From NCBI RefSeq assembly GCF_013149785.1, contig NZ_JABEZU010000002.1, positions 434,001-498,000 on the forward strand: a DNA stretch of 64,000 nucleotides, read 5' to 3'. Below, piece by piece: positions 8,638 through 16,268 of this stretch. The translations under genes were made by a program, and so were the position numbers. Source of the DNA: Isoptericola halotolerans. GTDB taxonomy: Bacteria; Actinomycetota; Actinomycetes; Actinomycetales; Cellulomonadaceae. Each line of letters begins with the position of its first letter. The first letter of the stretch is position 1. The notes beneath the pieces were generated by a model. That model did no database searches and had not been told where the DNA came from. It was given only the letters and a program-made list of their open reading frames with translations.

Positions 8638-9864
8638 TCAATCAGCCTCCGCGTGGGCGATGCTGTCGAGCTGTCGCCAGACCACCGCCAGGGTCACCCC
8701 CGCGCCGACGAACGCGAACCAGAACGGCGCCGTGACGCCCCACAGGTCGGTGAGGACGCCGCCGAGAGCGTTGCCGACGACCATCCCGCCGAAGAGCCCG
8801 ATGAGGTACACCGACCCGACGCGGCCCTGGAGCTGCGTCGGGACGGCGCGCTGGCGCACCGTGTTCGACACCGTCCCCCACACGAACGTGTAGACACCGA
8901 AGACGAACACGGTCGCCATCGCGACCCAGGCCGACGTCGTCAGTGCCAGCACGAGATGGAACGCCACCTCCATCGACAGGACCACCTTCATCAGGGTCGC
9001 GAGGGAGAACCGCCGTTCGAGCCGGCCGTAGACCAGCGTGCCGAGCACGCCTCCGACGCCGGTGGCGGTGATGAGCAGGCCGTAGCCGACCGGGCCCATG
9101 TCCAGGCGGTCGCGCGAGTACAGGACCAGGACGCCCCACGGCGCGGCCCAGGTGGCGTTGAACATGAAGATGACGATCGCGAGCGTCCGCACGGGTGGGT
9201 GCGTCCACAGCCAACGGAGCCCCTCGAGGATCTCCCGGCGTGCCGGGGCCGGGGTCTCGGGCCGCGGCACGGGCGGCAGGGAGACGCGGCTGATGAGGAC
9301 GATGGCGAGCAGCACGCACAGCACCTGCACCCCGAACGGCCATGCCGCCCCCAGGGCGAAGAGGAAGGCCCCGACCGGTGGCCCGGCGAGCTGGTTGCCG
9401 GTGAGGAACCCGGCCTGCAGCCGGGCGTTGCCCGTCCCCAGGTCCCGCTTGTCGACGAGCATCGGCAGCAGCGTCTGGGACGTGGTGTCGGCGAACACCT
9501 CGGCGACGCCCATGAGCAGCATCGCGGCGAGCACCACGACGACGTTCGCCGTCCCGGTGGTGATCGCGACGCACAGCACGGCCACGACGACGGCGCGCAG
9601 CGCGTTGGCGACGATGATGATCCGCCGGCGGTCGACGCGGTCGGCGAGCGCTCCCGCCCACAGCCCGAGGAGCAGCCACGGCAGCCGCTGCAGCAGTGCG
9701 GCGAGCGCCACGAGCGTGGCGGAGTCGGTCTGCGAGGCGACGAGCAGCGGCCCGGCGGCGAGCGCGATGCCGTCACCGAGGTTGCTGGTCCAGCTCGACG
9801 CGAGCATCCACCGGAACGGGACACCCATCCGGGCCGGGACGATCGCTTCGACGAGTCTCCTCAC
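8638..9864 (-). CDS. MFS transporter
   Basis: About 12 hydrophobic segments, 'GALADRVDRRR' motif A, 'QRAVP..LQGRV'. Confidence 0.9.
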   Translation of the reverse strand: MRRLVEAIVPARMGVPFRWMLASSWTSNLGDGIALAAGPLLVASQTDSATLVALAALLQRLPWLLLGLWAGALADRVDRRRIIIVANALRAVVVAVLCVAITTGTANVVVVLAAMLLMGVAEVFADTTSQTLLPMLVDKRDLGTGNARLQAGFLTGNQLAGPPVGAFLFALGAAWPFGVQVLCVLLAIVLISRVSLPPVPRPETPAPARREILEGLRWLWTHPPVRTLAIVIFMFNATWAAPWGVLVLYSRDRLDMGPVGYGLLITATGVGGVLGTLVYGRLERRFSLATLMKVVLSMEVAFHLVLALTTSAWVAMATVFVFGVYTFVWGTVSNTVRQRAVPTQLQGRVGSVYLIGLFGGMVVGNALGGVLTDLWGVTAPFWFAFVGAGVTLAVVWRQLDSIAHAEAD

Positions 9865-9963
9865 CGCAGGAGCGTAGTGCGGCCCTCGGCCGACGCGCCA
9901 CGTCTTTCGACGTCACAGCGGTGGGAGCGATCTCCTCCCGTCGCGGAGATTCAACGCACTGTA

Positions 9964-9993
9964 TTGACTGGCAGGTGACACGAGGGGCAAAAT
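9964..9993 (+). promoter_or_regulatory. sigma70-type promoter
   Basis: TTGACT (9964-9969), 18-nt spacer, CAAAAT (9988-9993) in an AT-richer intergenic patch. Confidence 0.5.
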
Positions 9994-10000
9994 ACCTGGT

Positions 10001-10094
10001 GGCAGCGCGCATCGCCCGCCCCCTGCGCGGTGCGCGCTGTCCTTGACCGGACTTCCGGTCGGACGCCTCCTCGGACCCCCGCCGAGGGGGCGTC
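10001..10094 (+). ncRNA. candidate structured sRNA with C-rich loops (6C-RNA-like)
   Basis: Three abutting hairpins (15, 6 and 13 bp) directly after the promoter; loops CCGCCCCCTGC and ACCCCCG. Confidence 0.4.
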
Positions 10095-10183
10095 GACGAC
10101 TCGACCGGCCCCCCGTACGGCGATTCCGGCCATCCCGGCGTGCCCGGCGCCGTCGCCCCGACGACCGGGACTACCGTGCTCGC

Positions 10184-13100
10184 GTGAGAGTCCTCCGCCG
10201 ATCCACAGCCGCGGCCGCGGCCGAACCCTCGGTCGAGCCGCAGGACGACAGCGCGCCGCGACCGTCCACCGGCCGAACCGGTGCGCCCGTTGCCGATGCC
10301 GCCGACACCGACGACGTGCCCGGCGCGTCGGGAGGGCGCGCCCGCCCGGTCCATGCCACGACGACGACACCGCTCGTGGAGGCCGTCCGCCGGTGGCGCG
10401 CCGGCCTGGCCGAGATGGTCGGCGGGTCCACGCTCACCGACGTCGGCACGCTCGGCGAGGCGGTGGTCGACCTGTCCGCCGCGCACCCCTCGGGTGTCGC
10501 CCAGCTCTTCGCCGGCCGCTCCACACGGCTGTCCAACCTGGTGCGCGAGCCCGGCACGTTCCCCACCGCGCGCCGCCACGCCCGCTCTGTCGTCGTCCGC
10601 TCCGCCGAGCACGCGGCGCAGTACGGGCTCGCCCCGACGTCGTTGGCGATCGGTGTCGCCTCCTGGTCGGAGCCGGTCGAGCCCGGTGAGCCGTCGGGCG
10701 ACCGGGAGGGCGACCTGACCGCGCTGGCCGAGGTGGCCAGCGCGAGCTCCCCGAGCCCGGGCCCCGGTTCTGCCGACTCGCCGAACGACGTCGGCTCCGC
10801 GTCGGCGGCCTCGCCCGCCCAGCTCGCGCAGGCTGCGTCGGACAGCGCGCCGGCCGTCACGACGTCGATCCCGGTGGTGAGCGTGGCCCGGCGGCAGCAC
10901 CGCCCCGCGCGCCGTCCGACCCCGCCCGACGAGGTGACGCCGAGCACCCGGACGGTGCACGTGCCGATCCTGCTGCGTCCGGTGGCGATGACGCCGCGGG
11001 GGGACGGGGAGACCGACTACGAGCTCTCGCTGGAGCCGACGGCGGAGATCAACCCCGTCCTCGCCCGCACGCTCCGGGCCCGGGGCGTCGACGCCGACCT
11101 GACCGCGCTCGCCCAGGCGACGTTCACGGCGGCCGGGTTCGACCCGGACGACGTGCTCGACCGGGTGGCGGCGCTCGCGGCCGAGCACCTCGACGACTTC
11201 CGCTGGGAGAAGCGGGTGCTGGTCGGCACCTTCGTGCACCCGGGCCAGGCGCTCGTGGACGACCTCGACGAGGTCGCGCCCGCCCTGGGCCGCCACGAGC
11301 TGGTCGCGGCGCTCGCCGGTGCGGACCAGGCCGTGGCGCGGGTCTCCGGGGCGGAGCTGCCCGCACCGCGGCGCGGGGACGCCGACCCGGCGCGCGAGCG
11401 CGGCGTCGGCGACCTCGACCCGCACCAGCGGCACGTCGTCGACGTGCTGGGCACGGGTCAGCACTTCTTCGTCGACGCGCCCCTCGGGGCGGACGTCGCG
11501 GGCACGCTCGCCGCCGTGGTCACGGAGGCCGCCGCGGCCGGCCGGTCGGTGCTCTACGTGACCGGTCACCGCCGGGCCGCGGACCGGCTCGCGCAGCGCC
11601 TCGACGAGCTGGGTCTCGACGGGCTCTCGCTGGACGTGACCCCGCGCCAGACCTGGCGCGACGACATGGCGGAGCGGCTGCTGTCCGCGATGGCCACCGA
11701 GCCGGAGTCCGTGAGCACGTCGGAGACGGCCAGCCTGCGCGACGCGCTGATCGGCGCCCGTTCCCAGCTCACCGGGTACATCGACGCCCTGCACGCCCGG
11801 CGCGAACCGTGGGGCGTGTCGGCCTACGACGCCCTGCAGGAGCTGGCCCGGCTCACCTCGGAGCACCCGGCACCGTCGACGTCCGTGCGGCTCGACGCGC
11901 GCACGGCCGTGGCGACGGACGGTGACCGACGACGGCGGCTCGCGGCCGACCTGGAACGTGCGGCCGCGCTCGGCGCGTTCACCCTGCGCCCGTCGTCGAC
12001 CCCGTGGTTCGGCGCGCACCTGACGACCATGGACGAGGCCCGGGACGCGCTGGCACGGGTGCGCCGGCTCCAGGAGACGACGCTGCCGCAGCTGCGCCGT
12101 CAGATCGCCTACACCGGTGAGGTGACCGGGCTCGCCGCGCCGGAGACCATCAGCGCCTGGGGTACCCAGCTCCAGATGCTCGCCGGGATGCGCAGCACGC
12201 TGGACGTCTTCCACCCGATGGTCTTCGAGCGCACGGCCACCGACCTCGTGCAGGCGACGGCGACCCGACGCTGGCGCCGGGAGCGCGGCGTGGAGATGGG
12301 CTGGTTCACGCGCCGCCGGCTGCGCAAGCGGGCCCGCGACATGGTGCGCCCCGGCGTGCGGGTGGCGGACCTGCACACGGCCCTCGTCGAGGTCGCCGCG
12401 CAGCGCGACGTGTGGGCCGAGCACTCGCCCCGCGGCGGGTGGCCGACGCTCCCCGAGGGGCTCGCGACCATCGAGGACACCTACGAGGCCGCCCGCATCG
12501 ACCTGGTCGCGCTGGAGCCCGTCCTCAGCCCGACGACCCATGGTGGCAGGCTGCTGGACCTGGACCTCGACGCGCTCACCGAACGGATGCACCGGCTGGC
12601 CGGCGACCCCGGGGCGCTGGAGACGCTCCCCGAACGGACGAAGCTCGTGCGCCGCGCACGTGACGCAGGTCTCGGGGAGCTCGTGGACGACCTGACCTCC
12701 CGCCGGGCCGGTGCGGAGCAGGTGGCCGCCGAGCTCGACCTCGCGTGGTGGACGAGCGTGTTCGAGCAGATCCTCGGTGGGGACCCGACCCTCGCGGGTC
12801 AGGACGGCGCCGGTCTGGACGCCCTGGCACGCCGGTTCCGCGACCTGGACGCCCGCCACCTCGCCGCCCTGTCGCAGCCGGCCCGGGTGGCGGCGCGGGC
12901 GCACCTCGGCACGGCGATGCGCGAGGACCGCGAGGGCTCGGAGGCGATGTTCGCCGAGCTCATCGAAGGCCGGATGACGTCGCTGCGGGACCTGATCGAG
13001 GACTACGGCGACGTGGCACGACGGCTGCGACCCGTCGTGCTGGCGACACCGACCCTCGTTCCCCACCTGCTGCCCACGCACCGGACCGTGGACCTCGTGG

Positions 13101-14389
13101 TGCTGGACGCCGTGCAGCACGTCCCGATCGAGGTGGTCGTCACGTGCCTGGCCCGGGGCCGCCAGGTGGTCGTGGTCGGCGACCCGCGCACGGCGTCGGG
13201 CACGTGCGTGCGGGAGCTGTCCGCCCTGCTCCCCACGGTGACGCTGCAGCCGCAGGAGAACCGCCGCGACCCCGGGCTCACGCGGATGCTGGCAGCGCAC
13301 GGGTACGACGGCCTGCTGCGCCCGGCCCCGCTGCCGCGCCCGGAGGCGCTGGTGCAGCTCGACGTCGTCGACGGCACGGGGATGCCGGACCCGGTCTCGG
13401 GGGCGGTGGAGAGCACCCGCGCCGAGGTCGACCGTGTCGTGGAGGTCTCGATCGAGCACGCGTTGACGCGCCCGGAGGAGACGCTCGGCATCGTCACCGT
13501 CACCGCGTCGCACGCCGACCGCATCCGCGAGGCGCTCCTGGCGGAGGTCCGGGCCAACCCTGCCCTGGCGTCGTTCTTCTCCGGGCGTCGCGCCGAACCC
13601 GTCGTCGTCGCCGACATCACCGGGGTCGCCGGGCTCTCGCGGGACACGATCCTGCTCTCGCTCGGGTTCGGCCGTACCCCGCACGGGCGGGTGCTGCACC
13701 GGTTCGGGGTGCTGGGCGACGACGGCGGTGCGGCGATGCTGCTCGGTGCGCTCGGCGCCACGCGGCGCCGGTTGCACGTGGTCTCCTGCTTCCCGGCGGA
13801 GGCTCTGGACCCCGACCGGCTGCGCGGCGACGGGCCACGGCTCCTGCGCGAGCTCCTCGAGCTGGCCGAGCGCCGGTCGGGAGTGGCGGACCAGGTCGAG
13901 CTGGGCAACGGGATCGACGCCGGGCGGGTGCCTGACCGGCTGCTCATGGACCTCGGGGAGCGGCTGTGGCGCCTCGGCTACCTCGTCGAGACCGACTACG
14001 GCATCGGTGACGGCGACCGGATCCCACTCGTCGTGGGGCACCCGGACCTGCCGGGCGAGCTCCTCGTCGCCGTGCTGACGGACGACGCCGAGTACGTGGC
14101 CGAACCGTCGGTGCGGGTCCGGGACCGGCAGCTCGCCCAGCGGCTGGAGCGCCTGGGCTGGACCGTCGCGCAGGTCTGGTCGGCAGCGGCGTTCCTGGAC
14201 CCCGAGGGCGAGGCCGACCGGGTGCGGCGGCTGGTGCAGCAGGTCCGCGACGAGCGGGTCGGCACCCCGGGCGGGGTGCCGGTGCCGCCGGAGGTCGTGG
14301 TCCCGGTGGTGGTGGACGACGAGGAGATCGACGGGATCGACGGCCCCGACGGGGTCACGGCCGCCCCGCGGGGGACACTGGAGCCGTGA
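10184..14389 (+). CDS. large DUF4011-like / SF1 helicase-like / C-terminal restriction-fold (Vsr/DUF559-like) protein with degenerate catalytic motifs
   Basis: 'WR..L..M.G.STL' N-terminus; helicase-like motifs FFVDAPLG, LVVLDAVQH, VVVGDP, GLSRD, ATRRRLHVV; C-terminal 'VAVLTDD...RVRDRQ...LERLGWTVAQVWS'; TACCGT -10 six nt before GTG. Confidence 0.75.
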   Translation: MRVLRRSTAAAAAEPSVEPQDDSAPRPSTGRTGAPVADAADTDDVPGASGGRARPVHATTTTPLVEAVRRWRAGLAEMVGGSTLTDVGTLGEAVVDLSAAHPSGVAQLFAGRSTRLSNLVREPGTFPTARRHARSVVVRSAEHAAQYGLAPTSLAIGVASWSEPVEPGEPSGDREGDLTALAEVASASSPSPGPGSADSPNDVGSASAASPAQLAQAASDSAPAVTTSIPVVSVARRQHRPARRPTPPDEVTPSTRTVHVPILLRPVAMTPRGDGETDYELSLEPTAEINPVLARTLRARGVDADLTALAQATFTAAGFDPDDVLDRVAALAAEHLDDFRWEKRVLVGTFVHPGQALVDDLDEVAPALGRHELVAALAGADQAVARVSGAELPAPRRGDADPARERGVGDLDPHQRHVVDVLGTGQHFFVDAPLGADVAGTLAAVVTEAAAAGRSVLYVTGHRRAADRLAQRLDELGLDGLSLDVTPRQTWRDDMAERLLSAMATEPESVSTSETASLRDALIGARSQLTGYIDALHARREPWGVSAYDALQELARLTSEHPAPSTSVRLDARTAVATDGDRRRRLAADLERAAALGAFTLRPSSTPWFGAHLTTMDEARDALARVRRLQETTLPQLRRQIAYTGEVTGLAAPETISAWGTQLQMLAGMRSTLDVFHPMVFERTATDLVQATATRRWRRERGVEMGWFTRRRLRKRARDMVRPGVRVADLHTALVEVAAQRDVWAEHSPRGGWPTLPEGLATIEDTYEAARIDLVALEPVLSPTTHGGRLLDLDLDALTERMHRLAGDPGALETLPERTKLVRRARDAGLGELVDDLTSRRAGAEQVAAELDLAWWTSVFEQILGGDPTLAGQDGAGLDALARRFRDLDARHLAALSQPARVAARAHLGTAMREDREGSEAMFAELIEGRMTSLRDLIEDYGDVARRLRPVVLATPTLVPHLLPTHRTVDLVVLDAVQHVPIEVVVTCLARGRQVVVVGDPRTASGTCVRELSALLPTVTLQPQENRRDPGLTRMLAAHGYDGLLRPAPLPRPEALVQLDVVDGTGMPDPVSGAVESTRAEVDRVVEVSIEHALTRPEETLGIVTVTASHADRIREALLAEVRANPALASFFSGRRAEPVVVADITGVAGLSRDTILLSLGFGRTPHGRVLHRFGVLGDDGGAAMLLGALGATRRRLHVVSCFPAEALDPDRLRGDGPRLLRELLELAERRSGVADQVELGNGIDAGRVPDRLLMDLGERLWRLGYLVETDYGIGDGDRIPLVVGHPDLPGELLVAVLTDDAEYVAEPSVRVRDRQLAQRLERLGWTVAQVWSAAAFLDPEGEADRVRRLVQQVRDERVGTPGGVPVPPEVVVPVVVDDEEIDGIDGPDGVTAAPRGTLEP

Positions 14390-14598
14390 GCTCCACCTCC
14401 GCGGGCACCCCCGAGACTCCCGCTGTTCCTGAGGGCACCCCCGCTGACGCCCCTCGTCCGCCGCAGCGCAAGGCTCCGCGCCGTGCGGTGCGGCGCGGGG
14501 CCGAGAAGGAGACGGTCTGGGGCGTCACCGCCGACGACGACGGTGGCCACGACTCGAACGACGAGCGGCTGCGCCGGGACGTGCCGCCCCACTGGTGA
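14386..14598 (+). CDS. small conserved actinobacterial protein (..ERLRRDVPPHW)
   Basis: GTGA overlap with the upstream stop; C-terminal VPPHW motif typical of the small ORF next to mscL in actinomycetes. Confidence 0.65.
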   Translation: MSSTSAGTPETPAVPEGTPADAPRPPQRKAPRRAVRRGAEKETVWGVTADDDGGHDSNDERLRRDVPPHW

Positions 14599-14617
14599 GA
14601 CGGCACGTGCGAGGTGG

Positions 14618-15013
14618 TCAGGGCTGCCGGGACTGCGCCGCGAGCAGGTCGCGGATCTCGGTGAGCAGGGCCAGGTCAGCCGCGGGCTCCTCGGCGACCG
14701 TGTCGTCGACCCGCTGCCGGCGCTCGTTGAGCTTGTTCATCGGCATGACGATGACGAAGTAGAGCGCGGAGGCGACCAGCAGGAAGTTCAGCACGGCGTT
14801 GAGGAACAGCCCGATGCTGAACGCCGCCCCGTTGAGCGTGAAGTTCCCGACCCTGGTGATGTCCGGCTCGCCGAAGATCGCGGCGATCAGCGGGGTGATG
14901 ATGCCGTCCATCAGCCCGGACACGACGGCCGTGAACGCCGCCCCGATGACGAGCCCGACGGCGAGGTCGATGACGTTGCCCCGCAGGACGAAGGTCTTGA
15001 ATCCGGCCAGCAT
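14618..15013 (-). CDS. mscL: large-conductance mechanosensitive channel
   Basis: MLAGFKTFVLRGNVIDLAVG...LLTEIRDLL. Confidence 0.96.
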   Translation of the reverse strand: MLAGFKTFVLRGNVIDLAVGLVIGAAFTAVVSGLMDGIITPLIAAIFGEPDITRVGNFTLNGAAFSIGLFLNAVLNFLLVASALYFVIVMPMNKLNERRQRVDDTVAEEPAADLALLTEIRDLLAAQSRQP

Positions 15014-15115
15014 GATTGGTGAGTCCTCCTGCCCGGGCGCGGTGCGCCCCACCGGGACCGTCCCGGCGCTCGGCGCCGATTCTCCCGGCCGGTGGCGGTC
15101 ACGGCAACGTGGCCC

Positions 15116-15769
15116 TCAGGGCACGAGCACGGCCGCGACGGCGCCCCACTCGGCGGCGGCCGAGACGGCGGCGGCCTCGCCGGGGTCGACGGCCACGAGA
15201 GTCACGGCCGCGTCACGCCCGGCGGCCGGGGACGCCCCGCCGAGCAGCCCTGCGGTGCCGGCGCCGGCGTCGTCGGGCTCGAGGCCCGGCAGGACGAGCG
15301 CTCGCCGCGCGAGGGGGTCGGCGTCGTCCTCGGTGGCGAGCAGGTCGACCCGGTCGCCGGGCCGCAGCCAGGCCGACTCGGTGAGTCGGACGCCGACGAC
15401 CACCGTCCCGTCGGGCGCCTGGGCCGCGACACCACCACCCGCGACCAGGCCGTCGTGCAGGGGCACGCCCGCCGGCAGGGCGACGGCGGGGGAGCGGCCG
15501 ACGGCGTCGTCGGTGTCGGTCAGGACGTCCGGCGGGGCGAGCTCGGCCGCGACCGTCAGCGTGTCGAGGTCCCCGGGCCGCAGGGTGGTCCCGGGCGACA
15601 GCGCACGTGCCGTGACCACGACCTCCCGGGTGGCCGGCGGCTCCGGTCGCACCGCCTGGACGATCGCGCCGGCGGCGAGACCGCAGCAGAGGGCGGCCAC
15701 GACGAACCGGCAGCGCCACAGCAGCGTCCGTGCGTGACGGGCCAGCCGGGTCCTGGAGGTGGGGTGCAT
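15116..15769 (-). CDS. SAF-domain (CpaB-like) protein
   Basis: N-terminal TM, 'VVVTARALSPGTTL', 'LRPGDRVDLLA'; conserved position between mscL and FmdB genes. Confidence 0.8.
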   Translation of the reverse strand: MHPTSRTRLARHARTLLWRCRFVVAALCCGLAAGAIVQAVRPEPPATREVVVTARALSPGTTLRPGDLDTLTVAAELAPPDVLTDTDDAVGRSPAVALPAGVPLHDGLVAGGGVAAQAPDGTVVVGVRLTESAWLRPGDRVDLLATEDDADPLARRALVLPGLEPDDAGAGTAGLLGGASPAAGRDAAVTLVAVDPGEAAAVSAAAEWGAVAAVLVP

Positions 15770-15863
15770 GCCCCGGACGGTAGGCGCGAGGCGGGCGTCC
15801 GGGCTGACGGTGCGCGCGCGGCTGTGGACGACCCCACGGTGGGGACGGGCACGCGGCCCGGGG

Positions 15864-16196
15864 TCAGGCGGAGGCGGCCTTCGAGGTCGGGGAGCTCGAG
15901 CCGGACGACGTGGACGAGCCCGAGGATCCGGAGCCCGAGGATCCGGAGCCGCTGGACTTCGACCCGGACGACGTGGAGGACCCGGAGGAGCTCGAGGACC
16001 CGGAGGACGAGCTCTTCCCCGCCCGGGAGTCGGTGCGGTAGAACCCGCTGCCCTTGAAGGTCACGCCCACCGAGCCGTACTGCTTGCGCAGCCGGCCGGC
16101 GCACTCGGGGCAGACGGTCAGCGAGTCGTCGGTGAACGCCTGGTGGATGTCGAAGGCGTGGCCGCAGTCGGCGCACCGGTAGGCGTACGTGGGCAC
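15864..16196 (-). CDS. FmdB-family zinc-ribbon protein (Rv0991c/Ruc-like chaperone)
   Basis: PTYAYRCADCGH...CPECAG...FKGSGFYRTDSR plus Ser/Gly-rich tail; GAGGAG RBS. Confidence 0.92.
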   Translation of the reverse strand: MPTYAYRCADCGHAFDIHQAFTDDSLTVCPECAGRLRKQYGSVGVTFKGSGFYRTDSRAGKSSSSGSSSSSGSSTSSGSKSSGSGSSGSGSSGSSTSSGSSSPTSKAASA

Positions 16197-16214
16197 GGGG
16201 CTCTCCTCGTCGGG

Positions 16215-16241
16215 CTGGCACTCAGAAGTTGCGAGTGCCAA
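16215..16241. promoter_or_regulatory. CIRCE element (HrcA operator)
   Basis: CTGGCACTC-N9-GAGTGCCAA, matching TTAGCACTC-N9-GAGTGCTAA, upstream of the FmdB gene. Confidence 0.88.
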
Positions 16242-16268
16242 TCATACGCGGACGGTAGTCTCGCCTGC

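Noticed and set aside
9773..14041. Very long antisense/alternative ORFs (for example 9773-14041, 26587-30405, 6979-9978)
   Set aside because: Shadow frames of high-GC genes; Arg/Gly/Pro-rich with no motifs, and they overlap well-supported CDSs
15890..16015. Short tandem repeats in the FmdB gene, the ECF linker (about 7180-7300) and the rpf linkers
   Set aside because: Explained by low-complexity Ser/Gly, Pro/Thr and Pro/Glu protein linkers
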